DNA of 64,000 nucleotides from positions 77,246 to 141,245 of the forward strand of contig MTNP01000037.1 of assembly GCA_002011475.1 (NCBI GenBank). Direction: 5' to 3'. The notes below the pieces were generated by a model. The model had not been told where the DNA came from and made no database searches. It saw only the letters and a program-made list of their open reading frames with translations. This document shows positions 8,536 to 18,086 of the stretch, in pieces. Positions within the stretch are counted from its first letter, which is position 1. Every line of letters starts with the position of its first letter. Source of the DNA: Dehalococcoides sp. JdFR-54. Its GTDB lineage: Bacteria > Chloroflexota > Dehalococcoidia > JdFR-54. Made by a program: the position numbers and the translations under genes.

Positions 8536-9006
8536 ATGGAACTGAAGCAGGCCCAGGCTTTGGCTCAAGAAATCGTAGACCAGCTCGCTCCTTACTATGA
8601 GCGGATTGAGGTTACAGGGTCGATTCGCCGCCAGAGGCCCTTCCCCAGGGACATCGATATCGTCCTCATCCCCAGGAGCCAGGGCAAGCTGGCTATGGCG
8701 CTGGAGGCCCTGGGTGAGGCCAGGCTCGGCGGCAAGAAGCTGGAGGAGCGCATCTACAAAGGCGTCCAGGTAGACCTTTACTTCGCCACCCCTGAGACCT
8801 GGGCCACCCTTCTCCTTATCAGAACGGGGAGCAAGGCCCACAACATTAAGCTCACCACCCTGGCGAAGAAACGAGGTTGGCACCTTTATGCCAGCGGCCG
8901 TGGGCTTATCAACGACAGGGGCGAAAGGATAGCTGGGGATAGCGAGGAGTCATTCTTCCAAGCGCTCGGCCTTCCTTACGCCGAACCCTGGGAGCGGGAA
9001 CGATGA
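8536..9006 (+). CDS. DNA polymerase beta-like (family X) minimal nucleotidyltransferase
   Basis: VTGSIRRQRPFPRDIDIVLIP fits the Pol-beta NTase motif hG[GS]x9-13Dh[DE]h. The C-terminus TGSKAHNIKLTTLAKKRGWHL resembles the PolX thumb. Confidence 0.55.
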   Translation: MELKQAQALAQEIVDQLAPYYERIEVTGSIRRQRPFPRDIDIVLIPRSQGKLAMALEALGEARLGGKKLEERIYKGVQVDLYFATPETWATLLLIRTGSKAHNIKLTTLAKKRGWHLYASGRGLINDRGERIAGDSEESFFQALGLPYAEPWERER

Positions 9007-9338
9007 CGGTGGTCCAGGTTCTGATAGACGAGAGCCCGACAAGGGCAACAACCTTCGAGCCGATGGGCAAGCCTGAAGGAGGCCTCGACCTGGAGCATCC
9101 CTGCAACCGGAAGGCTTTGCGCCAGATTGACTGGGAGGCCGTCAGCAAATTGAGGGAGCGTGAGCCCCCACCCAGTGTGGATGACCTCTTCCTGGCCGCT
9201 GTCTGCAATCCCGGCTCCTGTCCCATCGGCTGGAGCGAATGCAGAAGGCATGACTGGAAATCGTGCCACTACTACGACCTGCTCAAGGCAGTGGAAGCGA
9301 TAAGACATGAGGAGGATGACGATGGCAGACACAGGTAA
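9003..9338 (+). CDS. hypothetical protein (Cys/His-rich)
   Basis: 111-aa ORF that overlaps its neighbours by 4 nt. Confidence 0.35.
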   Translation: MTVVQVLIDESPTRATTFEPMGKPEGGLDLEHPCNRKALRQIDWEAVSKLREREPPPSVDDLFLAAVCNPGSCPIGWSECRRHDWKSCHYYDLLKAVEAIRHEEDDDGRHR

Positions 9339-10215
9339 AGAAATCGTTCCCTGGCGGCCCTTCGAAATCATGGAGCGAGTGGAGGACGAGGCGGTCATCC
9401 AGGAGCTTCGTGGCGAGGTCATCGAGACCCTGGTCTACGAGTTCACCGACCGGGACGGCCGGAGGGTAGTGGGCCTCTCCAAGGCCGGGGTAGACCGGGT
9501 GGCCAGCGAGATGGCCATGAAAGGGGAGGTGCTGAGGGAGCTGGACTTCGAGCTCATCCCTGATGCCGATAGCGTGACTGCGGTGGTCAAGGCGGGGCGG
9601 TTCGCTGTGAGCCAGGATGGGCGGGAGATCCTCCTGGAGACGGTCTTCGGCACCAAACGGCAACCTCGCAAGAGGGAAATCTACGTCCGGGGCAAGGATG
9701 GCAAGCCCATCATCAAGGACGGGCACCCCCTGAAGCGACTGGAGGAAGACCCCTTCGTAGTGGAGGTGGCCATGGTCAAGGCCGCCCGCAATGCTAAGCG
9801 GAGGCTCATGCCCGAGTCCCTGATTACCAAGGTCATCGACATGGCCAGGCGGGAAGGCAAGGTGAGGAAACTGGGCCCCCCTGAGGAGCCGGCGGTGACC
9901 AGGCCAGCGCATCCTGCTGCGCCGCCCAGGCAAGAAACCAGGGCCCCTGCTTCAGAACCCGACATCAGCCAGGAGGACTTTGTCCTTCATGCCAAGGCCA
10001 GAGGCTACGGTAGCTGGCGGGAAATCCTGGAAGCCCTGGGGATGAAGTCCACCAGGGAGGTCAGGGAGATGGGGTATCGGAAGGCGCTGGAGCAGCTGCC
10101 AGACAGGACCAGGGCTGAGCCCGAGGGCGCCGTCGAGGTGGTTGACGAGAGGATTCTTGAGACAAGTGAAGCTCAGGCTGAACCGGCGGAGGTAGAGGCA
10201 GACCTTGACTTCTAG
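9307..10215 (+). CDS. hypothetical protein (possible recombination/replication accessory)
   Basis: 302-aa ORF with an acidic C-terminus. Context only. Confidence 0.45.
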   Translation: MRRMTMADTGKEIVPWRPFEIMERVEDEAVIQELRGEVIETLVYEFTDRDGRRVVGLSKAGVDRVASEMAMKGEVLRELDFELIPDADSVTAVVKAGRFAVSQDGREILLETVFGTKRQPRKREIYVRGKDGKPIIKDGHPLKRLEEDPFVVEVAMVKAARNAKRRLMPESLITKVIDMARREGKVRKLGPPEEPAVTRPAHPAAPPRQETRAPASEPDISQEDFVLHAKARGYGSWREILEALGMKSTREVREMGYRKALEQLPDRTRAEPEGAVEVVDERILETSEAQAEPAEVEADLDF

Positions 10216-10645
10216 GAAGGCAAGCGCAGTTTTGCCAGGCTCGGACACTCTGGACAGGGAGATGCTGCAGCAAATCCAGGTGCTGCTTATGCAGTTCTTC
10301 GGCCGCAGCTACGAGCCCCTCTCGTCCCCTATCTGGATGGTGCTCCGCTGCCCCGCTTGCGGCAGAACAGGCATGGCCTATGTGGATGGGGGCTTCCTCC
10401 ATGTGGCCGAGGACCACACGGAGGCCTACGAAACGGTGGCCACAGGCCTTACCTGGAGACAAGCTCGGAGCTACTTCGGCACCCCTGTTGAGGAGATATT
10501 CGGCATCGGGCCCTTCTTCGATTGGGAAGACATAGGAACCGCTGAGGAGGCCCGGTGCAGGAAGCGCCGGGAGCGCTTCATCGCTATGGCCGATTACCTT
10601 ACAGGCGTTACTGCCAGGAAGCCCTGCAACGGGAGGCACCTATGA
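10205..10645 (+). CDS. hypothetical protein
   Basis: 146-aa ORF. The start is uncertain. Confidence 0.3.
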   Translation: MTSRKASAVLPGSDTLDREMLQQIQVLLMQFFGRSYEPLSSPIWMVLRCPACGRTGMAYVDGGFLHVAEDHTEAYETVATGLTWRQARSYFGTPVEEIFGIGPFFDWEDIGTAEEARCRKRRERFIAMADYLTGVTARKPCNGRHL

Positions 10646-12234
10646 GCAGGCACGCCGAGGTGCTGCTCAAACTCATTGTGGGGCGCACCGACGCCTATGC
10701 CGTGCAGCAGCCCGACGGCTCCTACCTGGCCATCAGGAGGCCGTTGACCCTGGAGCTTCTCAAGGAGCACCTGGCAGGGCGAAGGACGGTGGGCACCTAC
10801 CTGGTAACCCCCGACGGCAAAGCCCGATGTGGCGTCTATGACTTTGATGAGAAGACCGACACGGTGCGCCACGCCCTGGACTGGTTGCGGCGGTGGTTTG
10901 AGCACTGGGACATCCGGCTGTGCCCCGAGTCCTCAGGGAGCAAGGGCTATCACGGGTGGATCATTACCAGGGACTTCATCCCTGCCTTCAAGCTCATCAA
11001 GCTCCTTAAGCTGGCCCTTCGGCAACTGGAGGAAAGGGAGGGGATATCGTGCCGGGTGGAGGTCTTCCCCAAGCAAGCGGTGGCTCAAGACCTGGGTAAC
11101 CTCATCAAGCTCCCCTGGGGAATCCACCGCAAGAGTGGCAAGCGCACGGCCTTCCTGGATGAGAGCTTCAAGCCCCTGCCTGACTGGGGAGTCAGCCTTG
11201 TCGAAACCCTGCCCCCCATCGCGGAGGCCAGGATCGACGAAATCCTGGCCGAATACCCCGAGGAAGAGGAGTCGCCTCCCCCTCCTGGGCAGCCCCCCAA
11301 TAGAAAGGTGGCCCTCCCTTGCTTTACCCGGATGCTGGAGGGGGTGAAGGAGGGCTTTCGGCACATCGCCAGCTTCCGCCTGGCGGTGATGCTCTACCGG
11401 CAGGGCATGGACCAGCAGCTGGCTAAGGCCATCCTCCTCAAGTGGGACATGGAGCGCAATCAGCCACCTCTGGGCGAAAGGCAGCTGGGCTACAACCTGA
11501 GGGACGCCTATTCAGGGAAATACAAGCTGGGCTGCCCCGACATCGAAGCCGCAGGCTACTGCTCCGAGGACTGCCCTGTCTATCGTAAGAGGCTGGGAGA
11601 AAGGGACAGGAGGGTTGAAGCTCCCCCACCCGACACCGTTGGCGTGAAGCGAATCGTGAAGCTGGCCACCGACCCGCCCAAATACGAGGTGGAAGTCGAC
11701 GGCAATGTGCTCAGGCTGAAGCACGAGCAGCTTTTCAACCTCAGGGAGTTCCAGAAGCTCTATCACCAGAAGTTCGACGTCATCCCCAACGTGGGGATGA
11801 AGCAGAGGGACTGGTTCGAGTATGTCAACAAGCTTCAGGCCCAGATGGAGAGACATGAGGCCCCGCCGGATGCCGCCGACAGGAGCCGCTACATAGACCT
11901 CATCTGGCAATGGCTGGAGACCACGACACCGGCTCAGTCGGAAGCGGATGTGGAGGCTGGCAGGCCGGTTCAGAAAGGCGACCGGTTCTATTTCAAGGCA
12001 GGCGCTGCCCAGGAGTACCTGAAGGCAAGACACCGCCTCAACATAGAGCGCTCAGAGCTGTGGGCTCTCATACGGCAGTTCGGGGGGATGGAAAAGCCCC
12101 AGGTCATCAGGGTAGGCAACAAGACTTTCCGCCTGTGGTCTCTTCCGATGAGGGTAGAAGTGAACGAGGAGGGCGAGCTTCTGCTGCCCCAGCCAGAGAA
12201 CGAGGAGGACATCAATGAAGACCTCGAGTTCTAA
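10642..12234 (+). CDS. archaeo-eukaryotic primase (AEP) family primase-polymerase
   Basis: ATG at 10642 (MSRHAEV...). VYDFDEKTD and SGSKGYHGWI resemble the AEP catalytic motifs (DxD, sGxrGxH). 530 aa. Confidence 0.6.
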   Translation: MSRHAEVLLKLIVGRTDAYAVQQPDGSYLAIRRPLTLELLKEHLAGRRTVGTYLVTPDGKARCGVYDFDEKTDTVRHALDWLRRWFEHWDIRLCPESSGSKGYHGWIITRDFIPAFKLIKLLKLALRQLEEREGISCRVEVFPKQAVAQDLGNLIKLPWGIHRKSGKRTAFLDESFKPLPDWGVSLVETLPPIAEARIDEILAEYPEEEESPPPPGQPPNRKVALPCFTRMLEGVKEGFRHIASFRLAVMLYRQGMDQQLAKAILLKWDMERNQPPLGERQLGYNLRDAYSGKYKLGCPDIEAAGYCSEDCPVYRKRLGERDRRVEAPPPDTVGVKRIVKLATDPPKYEVEVDGNVLRLKHEQLFNLREFQKLYHQKFDVIPNVGMKQRDWFEYVNKLQAQMERHEAPPDAADRSRYIDLIWQWLETTTPAQSEADVEAGRPVQKGDRFYFKAGAAQEYLKARHRLNIERSELWALIRQFGGMEKPQVIRVGNKTFRLWSLPMRVEVNEEGELLLPQPENEEDINEDLEF

Positions 12235-12320
12235 GGCATTCTCAATTCCTATCCCTATTTATAGAAGGCTATTTGACTCCATCAACATGGTGACCATTTT
12301 GGGGCTGGTCAGTGAGCGAA

Positions 12321-12402
12321 GCTGTTACTTTTGTCACTCATATCTGAGTAACAGAGCCCAGATAGAGAGGGTATAGCTATGTTACTTTGTTACTCCGTTA
12401 CC
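12321..12402. repeat. GTTAC(T/C) iteron-like cluster with an inverted copy; candidate replication origin or operator
   Basis: gttact at 12324, 12381, 12389; gttacc at 12397; agtaac at 12347. AT-rich spacer between the primase and helicase genes. Confidence 0.3.
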
Positions 12403-12471
12403 TGGGGTTTTGCTCACTATCTCGATAGATGTAAAAAAGCCCCCATATAACAGGAAGGGGAAAGAACTCGG

Positions 12472-14079
12472 ATGTCACCTAAGACTATGCGCATCTTCGG
12501 TCCGCCTGGCACAGGCAAGACCACCGCCCTGCTGGATGTGGTGGAGCGGCACCTGCGGGAGGGTGTGCCAGCCCACGAGATAGGCTTCATGGCCTTCACC
12601 CGGGCGGCGGCGCGAGAGGCCAAAAATCGGGCTCTTCAGGTATTCCCCTGGCTGGACAGTGACGACCTGAGATGGTTCAGGACGATCCATTCTGCATGCT
12701 ATTCGCTCCTGGGTCTGGGGCGAGGTTCGGTGGCCACGGGAGCCAAGCTACGGGACTTCGCCCTCCAGTTTGGCTACGAGATGAGCCCTCCTGCCGACAG
12801 AGACCCTGAGGACTTTGAAGTCCAGGAGATGATGCTGCGTACCCTGGGCGACTACCTCCTCTTCTTTGAGGACTGGCGGCGCAACCTGATGCTCTGGGAC
12901 ATCACTGAGGCATACAACCGCTTCCTGGAGCCGGTGGACTGGCCCGACGGCTGGTCGCTCCAGCAGGTGAGGGAGTTCCACCAGCGCTACCGCCAGTGGA
13001 AGGCGGATAACGGCCTGGTGGACTTCGCCGACATGCTCATGCTGGTGCTCCGGGACAGGGTTGCCCCACCCGTGTCGGTTCTCATCGTGGACGAGATGCA
13101 GGACCTGTCTCCCCTCCAGGCCGAGGTGATCAGGCTTTGGGCCAGCGGCGCCCGTCTCCTCTACCTGGCGGGGGACCCCGACCAGGCCATCTACACCTTC
13201 AACGGCGCAGACCCCGGCATCTTTCTTAACTGGCCGCACGATGACGACCGCCAGCTCACCCAGTCCCACCGCGTGCCCCAGACGGTCCACGAGATAGCCC
13301 TGCGCCTGATAAGGCGAAACCGGGAGCGGGTGGATGTTCCCTACAAGCCGCAGCAGGAGGAGGGCTATGTGAGGTTCGGCTACCTGAATAGCCTTCCCAT
13401 CGAGACCCTGGCTCAAGAGGGCAGCGTCCTGCTGCTGGCCCGCAACCGCTACCTGCTCAGCGATTTCACCGACGCCCTGGTAGCCAGGGGCTTACCCTTT
13501 GAAGCTCTGCGGGGAAGCTCGCCGCTGAGGACAGGCGTCACCTCGGTGATCCTGGCGGGCACCCGGCTGACCCGAGGAGAGCGGGTAAGCATAGCCGATG
13601 CCGCCCGCTTTGTAGATGCCCTACCCAGTGACCGCTACCTGGTGCGGGGCGCCAAAGCGAGAATGGCGGAGCTTGCCAGGCAGTGTCCTGAAGCTGACAT
13701 CGCTGTCTGGGAGATGGAGCCTCACTTCAAGCCCTCCTTCTGGGATTTGCTGGTCAACCGCAACGGAAGCTTTATCGAGGCGTTGCGGCTGCCACCTCTT
13801 CAGAGGGCCTATTACAAAAAGCTCCTGGAGCGGGGTGGCGAGCGGGCCCTCCTTGACGCGCCCCGGATAAAGGTGGGCACCATCCATAGCGCCAAAGGGA
13901 TGGAAGCAGACTTCGTGGTGCTGAGGCCGGAGATGGCGGGCAGGACCTACGCCGAGTGGCTGAGGGCCCCCGAAGGGGAGCGCCGCTGCTGGTACGTGGG
14001 CCTGACCCGGGCCAGGAAAGGGCTGTGGCTCCTGGAGCCGGCCGGGATGCGGGCGATCGACTGGAGGCTGGAGCTATGA
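12472..14079 (+). CDS. UvrD/PcrA-family SF1 DNA helicase
   Basis: Walker A GPPGTGKTT, VLIVDEMQDLSP (UvrD motif II), C-terminal UvrD_C-like region. Confidence 0.75.
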   Translation: MSPKTMRIFGPPGTGKTTALLDVVERHLREGVPAHEIGFMAFTRAAAREAKNRALQVFPWLDSDDLRWFRTIHSACYSLLGLGRGSVATGAKLRDFALQFGYEMSPPADRDPEDFEVQEMMLRTLGDYLLFFEDWRRNLMLWDITEAYNRFLEPVDWPDGWSLQQVREFHQRYRQWKADNGLVDFADMLMLVLRDRVAPPVSVLIVDEMQDLSPLQAEVIRLWASGARLLYLAGDPDQAIYTFNGADPGIFLNWPHDDDRQLTQSHRVPQTVHEIALRLIRRNRERVDVPYKPQQEEGYVRFGYLNSLPIETLAQEGSVLLLARNRYLLSDFTDALVARGLPFEALRGSSPLRTGVTSVILAGTRLTRGERVSIADAARFVDALPSDRYLVRGAKARMAELARQCPEADIAVWEMEPHFKPSFWDLLVNRNGSFIEALRLPPLQRAYYKKLLERGGERALLDAPRIKVGTIHSAKGMEADFVVLRPEMAGRTYAEWLRAPEGERRCWYVGLTRARKGLWLLEPAGMRAIDWRLEL

Positions 14080-14429
14080 GAGGACAGCCGAGCGGAACCC
14101 AGCAGCTTTCCCTTCTGGAGCCACAACGGAACCTGGCGGACGGGAGAGCAGCAGAGCTTGCCGCCCGCATCAGGAAGGGCAACAAGCTCCTCTGGGAGAG
14201 GTGGCGGCTCATAGGGAACATGCAGCCAGGGGAAAGGCGGGACAGGCTCCTGGCGGGATGGGACAGGGGCGTGGAGAAGCTCCAGAGGCTTTGCGCTGAG
14301 CTGGCTTCCCTGGACGGCAGGTGCGCCTACGAGGGGGCGGAGGAGCCTACGGAGTTCTGCCTGGCCTGCTCGGTGCCCAACGAGCGCTGGTCAAAAGAGC
14401 GGTGTCCGGCGTGGAAGCTGGAGCTATGA
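14076..14429 (+). CDS. hypothetical protein
   Basis: ATGA overlap with the helicase stop. 118 aa. Confidence 0.4.
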   Translation: MRGQPSGTQQLSLLEPQRNLADGRAAELAARIRKGNKLLWERWRLIGNMQPGERRDRLLAGWDRGVEKLQRLCAELASLDGRCAYEGAEEPTEFCLACSVPNERWSKERCPAWKLEL

Positions 14430-14896
14430 GGCTGGGACGAATGGCGATAAAGGCGCAAAAGGACAGGGCAAGGGAGCTAAGGATCATCAGGCTCACCCTC
14501 TACGGCGACCCTGTGGGCAAGGCCAGGCCCAGGGTGACCAGGACCAGGACAGGCAGGTCCCTGACCTACACGCCGTCCAGGACAGCCCAGGCCGAGGAGC
14601 AGTGGAAGGCCCTCTTCCTGGAGAGCGGGCAGAGGCCTTTCCCCGAAGGCACGCCGCTCTGCCTTTTGCTCCGAGCTTATCTAAGCAGACCCCGGTATCT
14701 ACGGAAAAGGGGGAGGCTGCCCATAACCAGGCCCGACCTGGACAACCTGACCAAGCTGGTGACCGACGCCCTGGAGGGGCTGGCCTATCACAGGGACTCC
14801 AACTTCGTGGCCATGACGCTAAGCAAGCACTATGTGGTCTATCCCGACCCGCCCCGGGTGGAGATAGAGATAACCGAGGCAAGCGAAGATGATTGA
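14426..14896 (+). CDS. rusA: RusA-family Holliday junction resolvase
   Basis: GKARPRV..., PDLDNLTKLVTDALEGLAYHRDSNFV matches the RusA catalytic Asp region. ATGA overlap with the upstream gene. Confidence 0.7.
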   Translation: MRLGRMAIKAQKDRARELRIIRLTLYGDPVGKARPRVTRTRTGRSLTYTPSRTAQAEEQWKALFLESGQRPFPEGTPLCLLLRAYLSRPRYLRKRGRLPITRPDLDNLTKLVTDALEGLAYHRDSNFVAMTLSKHYVVYPDPPRVEIEITEASEDD

Positions 14897-15659
14897 CCGA
14901 CTTTCTTTCAGCGCCGTGGAGACCTATCTCAAGTGTCCCAGGATGTTCGAGTATCGCTATTTGTGGAAGATGCCCCGGCCCGTGGGCGGCGGGCTAATCC
15001 AGGGCAAGGCGTACCATGCGGCGCTGGCCGCCGCCCTGGTGCAGAAGCTCCACACCGGCCAGTCCCTTCCTCTGGAGGAGACCCTGGACGCCTACTGTCA
15101 TTCCTTTGAGCAGGCCATCCTCAAGGAGTCCGATGAGGAGCTCGGCCCCATCTCAGGTGTCGACTGGGGCGAGCGCAAGCCAGGAGAGTGGAAAGACCAG
15201 GGCATCGCCCTGGTAAAACTCTACTACCAGGAGCACCTCCCCGGCCTGGAGCCCTACCTGATTGAGCAAAGGCTGGAGACAAGTGTCGACGGCATCCCCG
15301 TGGTGGGCTATGTCGACCTGGTGCTGAAGGATGGCAGGACGATAGACCACAAGGTCGTAGCCAGAACCTGGGCCGAGGAAGACGCTCATAAGGACCTCCA
15401 GCCCTCCTTCTACGCCCTGCTCCAGCGCCGACCCATCGACTTTGAGTTCCACCTGGCCATAAACACGAAGGAGCCCAGGCTGTCGGTCGTAGCTACCCGG
15501 CGGGACGAGCAGGCCATCCTGTGGACCGAGGATTTGATTCGCAAGGTCTGGGCACTGATGCAGACCGGAGTCTACCCAGGGAATCCAGTTGGCTATTGGT
15601 GCAGCCCCAAATTCTGCGGACATCAGGACTTGTGCAAGCGGGAGTTCAAGGTTCATTGA
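14889..15659 (+). CDS. PD-(D/E)xK nuclease, Cas4/RecB-like (DUF83-like) with a C-terminal Cys cluster
   Basis: N-terminal Cys (YLKCPRMFEY), GYVDLVL...IDHK, C-terminal YWCSPKFCGHQDLCK. Confidence 0.55.
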   Translation: MIDRLSFSAVETYLKCPRMFEYRYLWKMPRPVGGGLIQGKAYHAALAAALVQKLHTGQSLPLEETLDAYCHSFEQAILKESDEELGPISGVDWGERKPGEWKDQGIALVKLYYQEHLPGLEPYLIEQRLETSVDGIPVVGYVDLVLKDGRTIDHKVVARTWAEEDAHKDLQPSFYALLQRRPIDFEFHLAINTKEPRLSVVATRRDEQAILWTEDLIRKVWALMQTGVYPGNPVGYWCSPKFCGHQDLCKREFKVH

Positions 15660-15922
15660 CTACGGCGGCGGAGACAAAGCTGAGGGCTATCCCCTGGGGC
15701 AGGCCCACAGGATCGGCCCTTGAGGTGAGGACCCACTACGAGGATGCCAGGGTGCGCATCCTCAATGGGGATGTGCTGGCCGCGCTGCGCTCCCTCCCTG
15801 AAAGGAGCGTGGATATGGTGCTCACCTCCCCACCCTACTTCGGCTTGAGGGACTACGGCTACGGCGGAAACAACGACATGGTCAAAGCCCTGGAGGAAGT
15901 ATCGGCGTCACTTCCAGGGTAG
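15656..15922 (+). pseudogene. N-terminal fragment of a beta-class N6/N4 DNA methyltransferase (motif IV SPPY), out of frame with the downstream body
   Basis: VDMVLTSPPYFGLRDYGYGG in frame 2 terminates at 15922. The continuation (GGQLGLEQ...VEIFREVWRVLKDEGSFW) is in frame 0. Confidence 0.5.
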
Positions 15923-16025
15923 GGATTGCGAGTTCTCCTCCTATCTGCATGACGAGATAGCCCCCTTCGCCTGGTACATCAAGTATGGCGGGCAGCTAGG
16001 GCTGGAGCAGCGCTGGCAGTGGTAT

Positions 16026-18086
16026 GTGTGGCACCTGGTGGAGATATTCCGTGAGGTGTGGCGGGTGCTCAAGGACGAGGGCAGCTTCTGGCTGGTGATG
16101 GGCGATACCTACGCAGGCTCAGGCTGCGGCTGGAGCAAGCACGGCGGCACGGTGGGAATCCATTCCATCGACACCCGTGACCCCGGCATCTGGCCCAAGG
16201 GAAGACCACCCCAGTTCATAAGCAGCTCCAGGTACCCGGTGATGCGGCCCAAGCAGAAGATGCTCATCCCGGACAGGGTAGCTATGGCGCTTCAGCAGGA
16301 CGGCTGGCTCCTCAGGAACGACTGTATATGGCACAAGCCAAACAGTATGCCCGCCAGTGTGAAGGACAGGCTCTCCAACACCTTTGAGCATATATTTCAC
16401 TTCGTCAAGCGGGAGCGCTATTACTACCACCTGGATGCCATCCGTGAGCCCCACAAGACCTCCAGCCTGGAGCGCTACCAGAGGGGGCTGAATCAGAAGG
16501 CGGGACTGGGAAGGGCCTATCAAGGGAAACACAAAGGCCGAGAAGCGCAAACAAACAGGGAAGGTGGCACCCTGGGCAGCGCGGTGAGAGAAGGGGTGTC
16601 CTGCCATCCCCCACAGTGGTTCCAGGAGATGTTCCCGCCTGACACCCGCTACAAAGGCAAGTTTGACGACCTGGCCGAGCTCCAGGTCAAGCGGCCTGGC
16701 AGCAGGGCCAACAACCTCAATTTGAAGGTGGCGCACCAGAACCGGAACTTCATGTCCTATAAGCCCAGGAACTTCGACCTGCTCTCGGAGGAGGACAAGG
16801 TGCGAGTCCTGGAGGCCCTGGAAGCAGGGTTGAGGGTGGACATCGTCACTAAGGCCACGGCCGCCAGCATCCGGGCCCATGACAGTGGCAGGGCCAGGGA
16901 GATCGCCGAGAAGGGCTACGCCATCTACATAAACCATCCCCGGGGGCGCAACCCGGGCGACGTCATCCACGCCGGAACCAGGCAATTCTCCAAGAAATGG
17001 CGCAAGGAGACGGGGGAGCCCAGCGCCAGCCAGGAGGAGAGGCTGGCCCTGTACCACCCCCTGGGCCGAAATCCTGGCGATGTGCTGGCACCTGCCCAGG
17101 ACAAATACCAGCAGGCCATAGAGGAGGGCAAAGACTACCGACCTCCCCACTGGCCGGGGAACAGCCGCACCGGGGCAGCGGTATCCTCAGCGTATTCCAG
17201 GGAATGCCCTGGGCATCCCCTGGGGAAGAACCCTGGCGACATTCTGTTTGCAGACGAGAGGGGAAAACTGGGAGCCGAAAGACAGGTGATGGAGGAGTCG
17301 GGGTATGTTAACCAGCACTCAGGCTACATGCTGGCGGGACTGAAAATAAAGTCAAGGCTGGGCATAGATATAAGACATCCCCTGGGGAAGAACCCTGGCG
17401 ACTTAATCGAGGCAGGAGAGCGCCTGGGCGTGGACGCCCAGCCTGGCGGCAAAGGGCGTCCTCGTGCCGGGCTGGACATCCCTCACCAGAATCACCCTTT
17501 GGGTCGCAACCCAGGGGATGTGATGGGCAGACACCACGGTAGTGGCCCCCAGTACAAGCTCTCTGGCTTGAGGCGAGGGCAGAAGTATGTCGAGAACCCT
17601 CAGCCCGGCAGTCGCAGCCATATCCGCATGGGAGCCGAGTTGACCCAAGCCGCCGAGGACAACCTGCATCCCCTGGGACGGAATCCGGGGGACGTAGCTC
17701 ACCTGGCAGATGGACTGGGGCTGCCCCTGGACACCGATAGCCTGTTCTGCGATTACATCATGCGTCTCATAGCGGAGAAAGAGCGTGCCAAGCAGGAAGG
17801 ACGGGAGCCCGACTTCTGGTCGGTGAACACTCAGCCTTACCCCGAAGCCCACTTTGCGGTATTCCCCGAGGAGATCTGTCGTAAGCCCATCCTGGCCACC
17901 TGCCCGCCTGGTGGCACGGTGCTGGACCCCTTCTGCGGCTCGGGCACCGTTCTTGCAATGGCCAGGAGGCTGGGCAGAAAGGCTATTGGCATAGACATAG
18001 TGGAGAAGTACTGCGAGCTGGCCGCCCGCCGCTGCCAGCAGCAGGTGCTGCCCCTGGGGGCAGGTGAAGGAGGTGACAGGTCATGA
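16026..18086 (+). CDS. DNA methyltransferase (N6_N4_Mtase family) body. Contains six degenerate HPLG(R/K)NPGD repeats and a canonical C-terminal motif I (VLDPFCGSGT)
   Basis: REVWRVLKDEGSFWLVMGDTY, ...HFAVFPEEICRKPILATCPPGGTVLDPFCGSGTVLAMARRLGRKAIGID. Frame 0 is open from 15849. Confidence 0.7.
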   Translation: MWHLVEIFREVWRVLKDEGSFWLVMGDTYAGSGCGWSKHGGTVGIHSIDTRDPGIWPKGRPPQFISSSRYPVMRPKQKMLIPDRVAMALQQDGWLLRNDCIWHKPNSMPASVKDRLSNTFEHIFHFVKRERYYYHLDAIREPHKTSSLERYQRGLNQKAGLGRAYQGKHKGREAQTNREGGTLGSAVREGVSCHPPQWFQEMFPPDTRYKGKFDDLAELQVKRPGSRANNLNLKVAHQNRNFMSYKPRNFDLLSEEDKVRVLEALEAGLRVDIVTKATAASIRAHDSGRAREIAEKGYAIYINHPRGRNPGDVIHAGTRQFSKKWRKETGEPSASQEERLALYHPLGRNPGDVLAPAQDKYQQAIEEGKDYRPPHWPGNSRTGAAVSSAYSRECPGHPLGKNPGDILFADERGKLGAERQVMEESGYVNQHSGYMLAGLKIKSRLGIDIRHPLGKNPGDLIEAGERLGVDAQPGGKGRPRAGLDIPHQNHPLGRNPGDVMGRHHGSGPQYKLSGLRRGQKYVENPQPGSRSHIRMGAELTQAAEDNLHPLGRNPGDVAHLADGLGLPLDTDSLFCDYIMRLIAEKERAKQEGREPDFWSVNTQPYPEAHFAVFPEEICRKPILATCPPGGTVLDPFCGSGTVLAMARRLGRKAIGIDIVEKYCELAARRCQQQVLPLGAGEGGDRS
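16935..17696 (+). repeat. six in-frame copies of the peptide motif HP[LR]G[RK]NPGD[VIL] (nt 16935, 17055, 17214, 17376, 17493, 17667) inside the methyltransferase gene
   Basis: Seen in the translation. Confidence 0.6.

Noticed and set aside
16119-17150. Long antisense ORFs inside large genes (e.g. 2589-3617 -, 16119-17150 -, 20538-22235 -, 44734-45657 -, 41047-43161 -)
   Set aside because: High-GC DNA produces long stop-free antisense frames. The sense-strand genes have clear domain signatures and the antisense translations are low-complexity (Gly/Pro/Arg-rich).
16935-17696. Regularly spaced repeats that might suggest a CRISPR array
   Set aside because: Spacing is irregular (117-174 nt). 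The repeats are in frame within a methyltransferase ORF and encode the peptide motif HPLGRNPGD. No cas genes or leader are present.
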